From positions 4,340,001 to 4,404,000 of the forward strand of contig OU015569.1 of NCBI GenBank assembly GCA_907165135.1: a DNA stretch of 64,000 bases, in the 5' to 3' direction. The notes below the pieces were generated by a model. The model searched no databases. It was not told the DNA's origin and saw nothing but the letters and a program-made list of their open reading frames with translations. Positions within the stretch are counted from its first letter, which is position 1. Every line of letters starts with the position of its first letter. The translations under genes and the position numbers were made by a program. Below are positions 11,917 through 23,062 of the stretch, piece after piece. The stretch comes from Oikopleura dioica (taxonomy: Eukaryota; Animalia; Chordata).

Positions 11917-12202
11917 TAGGGTTTCCGGTAGAAAAAATGCAAACTTTTGATCCTCAAGGAGTTTTTGACATTTTTATGGGCTCTATGGATAGCTTAGATG
12001 ATTACAAGCAAGAATATGAAATAAAAATGTAGGTGTATAATTTCGGAAGTTGGTCAAAAATGCCAAAATGTGCAAAAGTACTAATTTTCAATCCATTTTT
12101 TGACCAACTTCCAAAATTATATCTTCTAAGCTATCGATAGAGCCCATAAAAATGCCAAAAACCCCTTGAGGATCGAAAGATAATTTTTGTCCGGAGACCC
12201 TA
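11917..12202. mobile_element. hAT-like MITE (non-autonomous foldback element), 286 bp, 8-bp TSD
   Basis: Imperfect TIRs of about 85 bp starting TAGGGT(T/C)TCCGG, an inner inverted pair TATAATTTCGGAAGTTGGTCAAAAA, and exact flanking duplication ATAATAAC (11909-11916 and 12203-12210). Confidence 0.9.
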
Positions 12203-12232
12203 ATAATAACAGAAGAAGGAAATGATTGAAAC

Positions 12233-13459
12233 TTAGCATGATTTTTGACGGCGCAAGGTTAGGTAATTAGCTAGAGAGGCGGGAAAGTCGGTGAAGATTC
12301 CGTCGACGCCGGCAGCAATCAAATCTTCGTATTCTTTGTACGGGTCGAGTCCGTATTCCCACAAGAGATACTTGCCTTCGTTTCGGCTCACCCAAGAGTG
12401 AACTTTCAGGTCCAAACTAAAAACGCTTTAAGAATTACTGTTTTACTACTCAATCCTACCTGTGTGCTTTTGAAACGATCTCACTGTAGCCCAGTCGTCG
12501 GTTGTCTTTTTGTTGAATGATGAGATCTTTGGCGAGGCCAAGGCCGTAAGCGCCCGCTTGAGCGAGCGTTTCAAGCTGCTCATCCGTAGGCATCACCTTT
12601 GCAAGCTGAATGAGACGATATTCTGGCGCGTATTCATGGAACTTCAGGAGACTAGTGGAGTCGAATGACTGAACAAGTACGCGGCGGGAATCAAATCCCT
12701 CGACCTTGCGCAGCTGAATGCTCAGATTCTGCTCGAAATCGACGTTTAGTTGTTCGTTGAAGAAAGAAGGTGTTTTCAGTTCTGGATAGATGTCGACGTT
12801 TTTCTGTTGAGCGATTTCGATGTATTCGGAAAGCAGAGGAATCGTATAATCGCCATTGAAGGACTGGTCCCGGTCGGCGAATTCTTGAATCAGACGCAGA
12901 GAGCTCAACTCGTCGAAAGTAAAGTCGTTGACCCACCAATCTTCTCGCTCTTCACCATTGTACTTCAGAGTTCGCTATAAGCAATTAATTAATCCCAAAC
13001 GGTCAGTAATCGTGTGATAGTTTTACCTTTCTGTCTTCAAACTCTGGTTTCTTTGCGACGTTCGTGACCGTAGATAAAAATGCATCGTGGAGGCAGACTA
13101 ATTTGAGATCTTTGGTAACTGCGACGTCGCACTCGATAAAGTCGGCCCCTTGGTCGGCTGCGAGCTCATAGCCAGCGAGTGAGTGAGCTGGACGCATCCC
13201 GCTGAGAGCATTTGATGGGTTTGGGAAGAATAGAATCGAATAATTACCTTGATCCTCTGTGAGCGATATTGAGTATCTTGTCGGAATCGCACACTCGCGT
13301 GTGATGCTTCCACATTTCACTGGCGGAGCTTGCCTGTCCAGTGAGCACCAGGCCTAGTTCACAAAATACCGACGATTTGATCAAACCGAGCTTACCTATC
13401 ACAACCAAGCTAATTGTTATCGCCATGACAAGAGAGAAACAGATGATTGCTCTGAACAT
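12233..13459 (-). CDS. Glycerophosphodiester phosphodiesterase (GlpQ / plant GDPD5-6 type) with N-terminal hydrophobic anchor
   Basis: ILNIAHRGS..GMRPAHSLAGYELAADQGADFIECDVAVTKD..LVCLHD; WWVNDFTFDEL..YPELKTP; VLVQSFD; VHSWVSRNE..GVDGIFTDFP. Possible extra upstream exon near 13750. Confidence 0.9.
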
Positions 13460-14290
13460 TCTTGTGAATTTCTCTTCTTTGGAAAGAAAGAAGGTGGCAA
13501 CTCGTTTTTTTGCTGATTCGAGAGAAATACACTGTACTTTACCTGCACTGTGATGCTGGCTGCGCGCGATTGAACCTTTGTGTCCAGATTGAAAATGAAA
13601 TCGAGATAAGTTAAAAACTCAAATCTGTGAGTTCTCGTAAAAGTTGGCCTTTTCTCAGTCTTCTCAAAATCAAGAAATAGATTTGAAAACGGTGATTTTC
13701 TAAAAAAACTATTCAATCTTTTCCTTGGAATAAGTCGTTCTCGCTGTTCCATGCCGAAATTCCCGTCGCTTCGAAATTACATCGTTTTTAATGTGATTTG
13801 AGAGTTCGTTTTCTTTCCTCCGACGATCAGCTTCGAAGGAGCTTTCAGTGTTCTCAGAAGCAGGTTTCTTGTCTGGCGAAAATAAGGCGCGCGCTGATTC
13901 GCCAAAAAAAGCTCCTTCGAGCGTTGCTTCTTCTTCTCCACCGCCAAGAGGAAAAAAAGCTCAATCGGGAAAAATCCGCTCAGGCTTGGTCTCAGATATT
14001 TTCCGAATTTGAGTAAATTAACTCTCGAAAAATTAAGTTGGTATATTATTAGAGAATATTATAAACATTTATCAGAATGATGTTATTTAATCGTTAGCAA
14101 TAAAGATTCTTACTGAATGATTGAACTGATGAATACGAAACATTCGAAGTAGAAGTTGATTATTACAGTCGCAGTTGGAGTCACAATTGTTATTAAGGAA
14201 TTGATAAGCGAAAAAATAAAATATTGAGCAAACCAAGAGCAAGTTATTTTTTGCGGAACTAGAAATTACTCGGATTCGTGGTAATTAATC

Positions 14291-16370
14291 ATGAGTCAAA
14301 ATCAAAATCGTTTTCCGAACTACCCAAATCAACAAGGCTATCCCCAGGGCGGTATGATGCCTAATCAAATGGGGATGAATCAGGGAATGATGAATGCGTA
14401 TGAAAAGGTTCACAACAAGCTATTTGTTATAATTACGCAAGCTTTTCGTGAATCAACCCATTTTTCCCACGGAAATCTCAAATATGTTCTAGAAAATCAA
14501 AAAGAGAAAAGGGATACAGCTCATTTGATTCACAAAGAGCGGGTAGAAGACGAATTCGCTGGGCTGCACCACGATTTTTATCAAACACGCTATTCTGAAA
14601 TAGAATTAGGGATGAAAAGCATTTTGTCGCTGTGGATGACAAGAAAATTTAAACTTAGAATTCGCGTGTCTTGTCAAAATCATGGTTGAGCCGAGTTGTG
14701 GCGAACCTTGCTAAGGAAACTCACAGATGAACCCGCAGATGAACCCAAACTTCAACCAAGGGTTCAATCACCAAATGAACCCTCAGGTCCGAGCTGCTGG
14801 GGCTAGGAATCCTCAAATGAACTTCAACCAGCGTCCAGTTCGTAATCTAGACCCTTGACTCGATGAATATTTTAGGCACATTTTCCGAACATCAGAACGG
14901 GCTTCCCCTCGACCGGTTATCCGAATACCGGTTTTCCGGCTCACAATCAGCAGGGCTTTCCTGGCCAGCCCAACAACTCGATGGGCTACAATCCGAACCA
15001 GTACCACGACCCGTCGCAAGGTATGGGCAATCCTCAGAACATGATGAACCCGGCGATGCAGAATCAAGCTAATCAGGTAACAATGAATGTCCCGTTTTCT
15101 TCCTTGCCGTTTCTTAAATGTTAAATATCTTTCTAAATTCGTAATTTTTGTATGGTAAACGTATTCTGTACTGGGCTCAGCAACCGAAGTAAAAAACCTG
15201 AGTCATGGTCTGAAAGATTTTTCAGACTCTGACTCAGGTTTTCTACACCGGTTGCCGAGTCCAGATTCTGTATGTCTATCTAATAGAAATTCATCTTACT
15301 TGGTGATTAGCATAGCTGGGTGAGTACAGCTCGATATTCGACCAATCTTCATCCCCGTTAAGAATCAACAAGCTCATATGCAAGGGCAGCAGCCTCAAAT
15401 TCAGCAAATGAATAGCAACCAGCCGCAAGTGTCGCAAGCGATGAGCCAGCCGCACAGGTATTTGCCAGTTCGTTACTTTTGCCATGTGAAATGACGATTG
15501 TAACTCAGAATGAGTGGTAACTTTGAGCAAAGTAATATGGCGGCTCAGAATCAGAACCAAATGGTGAACCAGCAGCAGGTGCCGACGAGCGTCCAAAATG
15601 TCCAAAACCAGGCGCCAATTCCACAGCCACCTCCGCAGGAGCCATCCCCGCCACCCAACCGCCCCAGGAACATTTTCGATGAGCTACTCGAGAGCTCCGA
15701 AGATATCTTCGCGCGGCTCATCGCCAAGGAAGAAATGATTGGATGCTGCGACAAAGACGAGATTCACGTGGGTGTCGAGCACTCGGTCAACAAATTCATT
15801 CAGAAAGCCCAGGTCGTCGAATTATTCTTTAATCAGAGAATTGCAAAGGTAAATATTTTTTAATAAATTTGGGAGCTGACCCGTCTTACGGTCCAGAAAA
15901 AGCTTTTATTGAAAGCCGCTTCCGAATTCAATCCCTAGAAAATGGAAACGATTGAACTTGTAATAATGGCGAGGCCACTTTGCGGCTTCGTTTTCAGAAA
16001 AGGCGAAACGCGGCTTTTGATAAAAGCTCTTTCAAGACCCCGACTCAGGTTTACAGCTTGCCCAGCCCAGTTTGGGAGCACTACAATTAACAGTTTTTCT
16101 AACCAGCAAACGCGCGTTTGCCAGCAAGATGTTTTGATGGAAGAAATAAAAGACTTGAAAGCTGAAATTCACAGAAAACAAAACTGGATAGAAGGCATTT
16201 ACGCAAAAGCGGTAAAACGCATCTTTATCTCCCTGTTGTAATCGTTTCGTTTTTAGGAGAGATGGCACGACACAACGTCTTTCGCTGACAACTCAAAGAA
16301 ACCGGATGTTGGGAAGGACGGAATACACGCACTTGAAAGCATGTCACCGGCAAGCTATCGGAAGAAATAG
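14291..16370 (+). CDS. MED28: Mediator subunit 28 with a long Q/N/P/M-rich N-terminal extension
   Basis: NIFDELLESSEDIFARLIAKE..DKDEIHVGVEHSVNKFIQKAQVVELFFNQR..QDVLMEEIKDLKAEIHRKQ matches recalled MED28; upstream exons are prion-like in composition. Confidence 0.85.
15171..15264. mobile_element. 94-bp hairpin MITE (CTGGGCTCGGCAA family) in a MED28 intron, 8-bp TSD
   Basis: CTGGGCTCAGCAACCG..AAAACCTGAGTCA / TGACTCAGGTTTT..CGGTTGCCGAGTCCAG near-perfect palindrome; flanks ATTCTGTA (15163-15170 and 15265-15272). Confidence 0.85.
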
Positions 16371-16608
16371 AAACGACGCCGAAAACGAAACTAAACGAAA
16401 ATTGCCTGCCATAAAACTGTATTCTAGAATATCTTCTTAATCTTTATTTACGGATAAACTACGAAAGAAAATTCTCATCAGTGTTTCTTTGATTCGCCTT
16501 GGTTCAGTCTTGACGGTTTTTCAGTGCGTGGGACTTTCAATCGTGCATTTTGACTGTATTTTACGAATTCCTTTATGGATAAATCTATGAGGTTGTTTTC
16601 TTAAGAAT

Positions 16609-18527
16609 ATGTCCGTCGATGCCACGAAGCGGCCTTTGAAGATGCCGATCAGGTATCAGAACTACGCGGAAGAGCACGAGATATTCGAAATGGTCGGCAA
16701 CATGATGGAATCGCTCCTTCTAAATCGACCTAAAGATCCACTGAGCTACTTGATCAGTTACTTGGAGGGCGACAATAGAAGGAAGGTCACAGTTGCCGTG
16801 TTGGGGCCGCCAGGCGCTGGTAAAACCTGCATTGCACAGCAGCTCGCCCATATCACCGGCGTCCCGATCGTCTCAAAGTTGCAGCAGCTTCAGAACAACG
16901 ATCCGCGTTATCGTTATGGATACATTTTGGACGGCGTTGCGGAATCGTCCGAGGACGTCATCGCTCTTCAAGAGGCTGGATGCATTCTCGATTACGTGAT
17001 CTATCTTCATGGGCCCGAAGACTTATTGCGCTCTCGACAAAAGGACAAGTGGACTGACCCTGTCACCGGCACAGTTTATCATCCTGTCTTCAACTGGCCG
17101 TCCGATGAAGTTATCGCCAACAAGCTCATCAAACTTCCCGAAAAGCCCTTCGCCGAAGAATATTCCTGCCACCAAGTCAAGAAAGACAGAGTTTTACAGA
17201 CCTACAATCACATTCTGGCGCGGTTAAGTAATTCGCATTAGCAGTCAAAATAGAAGAACATTTATGCACTAGAACATACAAAAAACTTCTAACCGTATCA
17301 AAAGCACAAGATCAACTGCGATCAGCCACTCACTGACGTCAAGAAAATTGCCTCAGAAATCGTCTCCCAAAGGCCAATGTCGAAGGCTCGCGTGGTTACG
17401 AAGGCACTTCTCCTTGGCCCCACTGGTTCCGGAAAGAGACTGGTTGCAGAACGCCTTCACAAGATCTGGGGCATGGTACCAATCGGTAAGGATAAAATAT
17501 TATACACCTGTTGAGAAGTCATGAATCATCAAATATTTGATGCGAACATTTAGACTTGAAACTTCTGATTGAGCAGGAAAAATTGAACAAGACCAGGATC
17601 GGCCAAGAAATATTGAGAAACGATGGTATTGTAACGAAACGAGCATTGGAGTATATTCTGAAAGAGTAGGACTTGTTTGCTTACAGCAGCGGTTTTATCA
17701 AATTCTTTAGTCGACTTGAGAGAGAGGACGCAGTGTTAAACGGATGGGTTATTTTTTCGTATCCCGTGGAGTGCATTTACGACCTTGGGGAGGCGATGGC
17801 GTCTACAAATATTCTCCCAAACAGAACTGTTGTTTTCCAAATCAGGTTAGACAATCGAATCGAGCGAGACAACAATATTGTTTCACATGCCACCGATGCT
17901 ATCCTAGAGCCTCGTCAAAATAACTTGTTTATCGGGCTTGATTTTTGATTGATTCAATAACCAATTATGAAAGTCAAAAATATTTCCCATGCAGTCTACT
18001 GCTTAGAAATTGATAGATTCTCGAGCATGCAAGAAACGATGTTGCTTACTACAAGCGTTTTATTAATAATATGATGGTCGTCGACTATTAGTCGACAAAC
18101 AAAATTTGAAGAGTGTTTTAGCGAAAACTCAATAATCGAGCGACTGGCGAACAGAATGGTCGACTCTTTGACAGGCAGAGAGTATCATGCCTTGTACAAT
18201 CCAGCAACGGCTGAGAATATTCGAAACCGACTTGTCAAGAGGTAATGCCCAAAAAAAATCCCGTCTTAAAAATGAATCAAGAGAAATGGATGACTCGGCA
18301 AGTGTCAAAAAGAGAGTAAACGACTTCAATAACCAGCTGCCCGACATCCTCGACGTACTCAACGACACCGATCCCCAAATGATCAATGCCGACCAGGTAA
18401 TTGCTCACCGCCTCTTCCCCAGCTAAAGGATTTGCTCCTTTAGGATCAGAACGTCGTGTACCAATTGGTGGAATCCAAACTTGCCAAGCCTCTACCTTCA
18501 AAAAGTTTCGACGGTTACGCCGACTGA
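16609..18527 (+). CDS. AK8: Adenylate kinase 8 (docking domain plus two AK domains)
   Basis: MSVDATKRPLKMP..NYAEEHEIFEMVGNMMESLLLNRPKDPL..VLGPPGAGKT; second P-loop LLLGPTGSGKR; ends ADQ|DQNVVYQLVESKLAKPLP..*. Confidence 0.9.
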
Positions 18528-18684
18528 CCGCGTTGAATGAGCCTCCACGAACTTTCATATTCAAAAATGCAATTTTATTTTCTTATTCAATATATTTTTA
18601 TACCTAACATAAACAAAGACATTTTGCGTCATTTTATTTTGTGATTTGCTCCAAACGTAAGAGAGGCTTTTTAGAGATTGAGAA

Positions 18685-19353
18685 ATGAGATTGATTGCAT
18701 GTTTGCTCCCATTCCTCGCGTCGGCAAATGATGTCCACGAAGAAGAGGAGTTTATTGTCTATCCAGGAGGCGAGGAGCACTCTTTTTCCAAGTCAATGGT
18801 AGAAACTCGTTCTCCTCGTAAATTTTCTGTAGCGAGTTTTTAGGGCGAGTTTAAATGTACCTACACATACATCACCCAGGGAGGTACCAACGAGGCGTGG
18901 AACATGGTTGTCGGTCGAAATGCAGATGGCACGGGCTATTCCTGCACGGTTTCCAGGGATAACCAAATGACTTATTTGTACACAGAAACGTTCACGCTCA
19001 AGATCGAAGGCGCATCCATCGAGCATTTCGGTAATTTCAAAAATACAAATTCGTCAATTTCGGAAAAACATCCACTCCCAAACAGCTTCGTGAACACGCC
19101 TCGTGCAAGAATCAATTTTTAACAATACGTGGTGGTGTTTTTGTTTTTCTGAACTTTGCCAGAGTTCCTCGGCCAACCCTAAGAACAGACAGTAAAATTG
19201 ATATTGCTAGTTGTGTACGGCAACGAAGAAAGACGTCTGCTCACGCCCGAGACTAAACAACGCGGAAAATCTATTGTAGAAAGCACTGATGATTTCGGCC
19301 ACGAGGTTGCCAAAATTTCCGTTATCGGAAGAGCCAAAAAGACTGATTTGTAA
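18685..19353 (+). CDS. MYDGF: Myeloid-derived growth factor (ER-luminal), 3 exons
   Basis: Signal peptide; FIVYPGGEEHSFS..|GEFKCTYTYITQGGTNEAWNMVVG..YSCTVSR..TYLY..KIEGASIE; ends VAKISVIGRAKKTDL*, paralleling recalled human QGGTNEQWQM and LVIVAKASRTEL. Confidence 0.9.
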
Positions 19354-19465
19354 TAAGCAAGACGCGACTTGTTTTTCTTCTTCTTATGTAGTTTAAATCT
19401 ATTTCTGACACAATTCTAAGGTGCAATAATTTCAAATTGGATTCTAACTCGACGACTCTTTCAGA

Positions 19466-20073
19466 ATGAAGTTGCTCAGTTTCGCATTGCTCGCCTCCGC
19501 CCTTGGTCTCGACAAGGTTTGCAAAATTAATATTCAACAAAGAGCTAGTTCGACTTTAAATCTAAAAAAAATCAAGTGCAATCACAGGCACTGTTGAACA
19601 TTTCATTCCTTGCGTTTCAACTTTTTTGATTGATTTAGAGAGGGTTTTTTAGTTGCAAATCGGCGTGAAAAAGCGCGTTTCCGCAGATGAGTGCACCCAA
19701 AAGTCCCGAAAGGGCGATCGATTGTCGATGCACTACACTGGAACGTTGTTGGAAACGGGCGAAAAGTTCGATTCTAGCCACGACAGAAACCAAGCATTCG
19801 AATTCACACTCGGCCAAGGAATGGTGATCAAAGGATGGGATCAGGTGCGTTTTCTTTATTAATGTCGATCTGCGCGAATTGCAAAGTGGCGACGCGTCAA
19901 TTGAATGCATTATTCAGGGTCTTGTTGGGATGTGCGTTGGGGAGCAGCGACGGCTCAAGATTCCGTCAGATCTGGCGTACGGATCCTCTGGTGCTGGCGC
20001 CAAAATCCCACCAAACGCGGCCTTGGTTTTTGAAGTGGAACTGCTTGCAATCAAAAGAGAAGGCGAACTTTAA
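19466..20073 (+). CDS. FKBP2: ER peptidyl-prolyl isomerase FKBP2 (FKBP13), 3 exons
   Basis: [17 protein letters not shown]|[48 protein letters not shown]|[45 protein letters not shown]. Confidence 0.95.
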
Positions 20074-20463
20074 GCTTATCTAAGTTCCGAACCCGATTCT
20101 GTGCAATTTTTCATTTTCTTATTCTAGTTCATTTCATGCTCATATGATTACTTTTTTCCGCTGCAATTAATTTTTATTTTAAATTAGCAATTTATGGGAT
20201 TCAATGTTTTCATTGTTTATTGGTGGCTTTCTTCCTAAGCTAGTACAGTGTTACCAAAAAACCAGAAATAAGGTAGAAAGAAAGTGAACAAAGTCTAGAA
20301 ATGGATTCCGAAGCCTTTTTTCTCTAGTCTTTCAAAGACAGCATTTCTAGACATTTCTTTTCTTTGCACTTGCCGCTTTCTCCCAAACAAGAATGAAAAC
20401 ATTGAAAACTACTTGTGTTTATCGAATATTCGTTAACCTTTTTTTATTTTTTTTAGAAAAAGT

Positions 20464-21260
20464 ATGGAAGCGAAAGGAAAGATGGCGCGAAAAAAGAGAG
20501 AGAGAGTTAAGAAGAACGATGAGCCGAAACTCGAGGTAAGATCATGATTTAGGGATTTCGAAAAGAAAATATTTTTTTAGAAGATCGACAACTCTCGCAT
20601 GCCCGAGTGGCGAAAACGAAATGACGGCTCCTGGGAAGTCAGCAACTGGAGGGTTTGGACCCTATGGTCCGATGGTTCCTGGATAGCCAAGGAGCCTTGG
20701 ACTCTTCAAGGATCAATTACCAAGGAGAAGATGGTACTCTTTGAGTTTCATTCTTGATATGAATATCATTTTAGGCCAAGGTTGAGAAGCAGCGGGCTGT
20801 CTGGCCGTGGCCTAAGAAAGGAAGCGAAGAAGGCGCGGAGGCAAAACGTCACTGGTTAACACGTTGGGCGTATTACGAACGCAGACATGGTCCAGGAGAA
20901 GAATGGACGTTGGATGAATATAGTAAATAACATGTTCTGTGTCCGATTCTACGGTCTTTTTTAGATCCCGCTGAAGAGGAGAAGCAAGCCGACGCGGGAG
21001 AGCGTGTCGAGAAGCAGGAGACAGATCGACCAGTCGATGCGGGTAATCAAGAAGAGCACGCTGTCGAAGGCCAAGATGACGAAAATAAAGCCGAAGAATT
21101 CAGCGAGGATGATGACGATGTCCCGCTAGATCAAGTGATTGAGCGCCACGAGCCGATGGCAGAAGTCGATGAGCCCGTGGCTGCCGATTTCTGGGCAGCT
21201 CTCCCCAAACGACGCCGGCCGAATCAAGAAGTCATTGTAATTTCGAGTGATGAAGAGTAG
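20464..21260 (+). CDS. Trp-rich orphan nuclear protein (chromodomain-like N-half, acidic C-half, NLS, terminal SIM), 4 exons, absent from the ORF track
   Basis: Canonical GT-AG introns 20536-20580, 20734-20774 and a third near 20922-20964 give an uninterrupted ~225-aa frame ending KRRRPNQEVIVISSDEE*. Confidence 0.8.
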
Positions 21261-21454
21261 ACAGAATACGTCCACATTAATCTGTAAATTTTTTTAATGA
21301 TAGTTCACAGCTGTGACACAGCTTTAACCCCTCACTTCACACCCTGCCACTGAAAAACTGCCACAGAAAAAAGCTCAAAATCGAGTTACGAATTCGAGTT
21401 TAATATTTGTATTTTAGACTGTATCATACGAGGATACTCAACCTAGACCCATGA

Positions 21455-23062
21455 ATGAGCCGCTCTCGCTGGTCAATCCGCGGTCGGGGGAAGCAGAGGA
21501 ACTCCAAGGGGCCACTACGTTCAATGTCTGATAACGAGATTGATACTGTAGGCCTCAAAGCGAAAGACAAACGAGGCATGTTTTCCAAAATGAGGTCATG
21601 GTTTTCGCGCAAGCCTAAGCAAAGGCGAGATTCCGGTAAAGAGTATGATTATATTTCTTGCGAATAATGAAGCTTCAGCCCCGTCGACTCCCTCGAAGCC
21701 AGACGAAGACGATCAAGGTGATTACGATGATGGAATCGATTTCGATTCCACTACGCTGACGGACATGCCTCACCAGAATCTGCCCCAGCGAGGCCCAAGC
21801 GATCAGAAACATGAAGAAAGAGTCGGATCTTTGCAAAACCCTCACCAATTAAGCCAGCATCCGCAGTCATCTGGCCTTCAAGATGAACTGGCACGAAAAT
21901 TAAAAGAGCGAAATCAAGTAGTCCCTATCCGAATTTCTTTGAATCTTTAACCTCCTTCAGTCACAAAACTGGACACCAGAAGAGAGAGGCACCCGAGAAA
22001 TCAGCAGAAAGCCGAAGAGCAAAAAGTAAGACCATCATTTCTGACTTCTTCTAGCGACATGTTCTAGCGACAGCCAAGATCAAGACTCAACGAATTCAAT
22101 GCATCGAAACCCAGTCAGTCCTCGTAGCCATGGCGGAGATCAAGCAAAAGTATCTACCTCAAAGGTAATAAGATTTAATTTACTATTGATTACCATCATC
22201 ATTCACAAGACTGCCTTCGCGAAAGGCAACGAAATCCGTGCTTTGTACAATACAAAGAAGAGTACGAGCAATCTAGGCAACAGTGGCCATTCCGGACAAC
22301 CAATTCTTTCGCCATTTGGCAATCATGGCGACAGTATGCCTGACAGATCGGTTATGGAGGCAGTCCTAAGAGTACAAGAAAAGATCAACCAAAAAGCTTG
22401 CATATCTGGTAACCACCGCAAATAGATATAAAGAGCTGAAAAATCCATTTAGATTCCGAGGACGACGAGCCGATTGATTACAAAGAGCAGAGCTCGATTC
22501 ACCAGCAACTTGCGCGCCGCGACACCATTGCTCGTCAGAAAGAAATCAAGAGTTTATTGGAAAAAGCGCAAAGCGACGATAACAAAGAACAGAAAAATAA
22601 CGTTCGTGGAATCATCCCATCGCTGAACTAACTGAACCCTCTTTAAGATTAAACTTCAACTCTCTCGACGACTGTCGCAACGACCATCAGCGAGCGAAAT
22701 CAAAGAACGCGGTATTCTCAAAGTCAAATCGAATCAAGAGCAGCGCGAAGAAAAGGAGAAAATCAAGAGGGAACTTTCGAGGCGTCTGTCTCAACGGCCA
22801 TCGGTTCAAACTCTGATGAAAAAGAATGTTATCAAATTTGAGGAATACGTTGATGTCTACGAGATTCAGTACGTTGACCGGCGCGCTGACAAGCCCTGGA
22901 CGAGACTGACTGCTGCGGAGAAAGCTTCTATTCGAAAGGAACTAAATCAATACAAGGTAACTTGCTTCAGTTCGCATTTTCGAAAACTCTAAAATTTCCC
23001 AGGCAAACGAGATGGAGGTCCACGAAGAGAGTCAATTCTACACTAGATTTCACCGGGAGTAA
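21455..23062 (+). CDS. PHACTR: Phosphatase and actin regulator (PHACTR)
   Basis: LSRRLSQRPSASEIKERGIL and LSRRLSQRPSVQTLMKKNVI (RPEL motifs); C-terminal PP1-binding VDRRADKPWTRLTAAEKASIRKELNQYK|ANEMEVHEESQFYTRFHRE*. Confidence 0.92.

Noticed and set aside
14400-14689. About 97 open codons continuing MED28 exon 1
   Set aside because: Composition is unlike the flanking Q/N exons, and a canonical phase-0 donor (AAG|GTTCAC) joins the next exon; treated as intron read-through.
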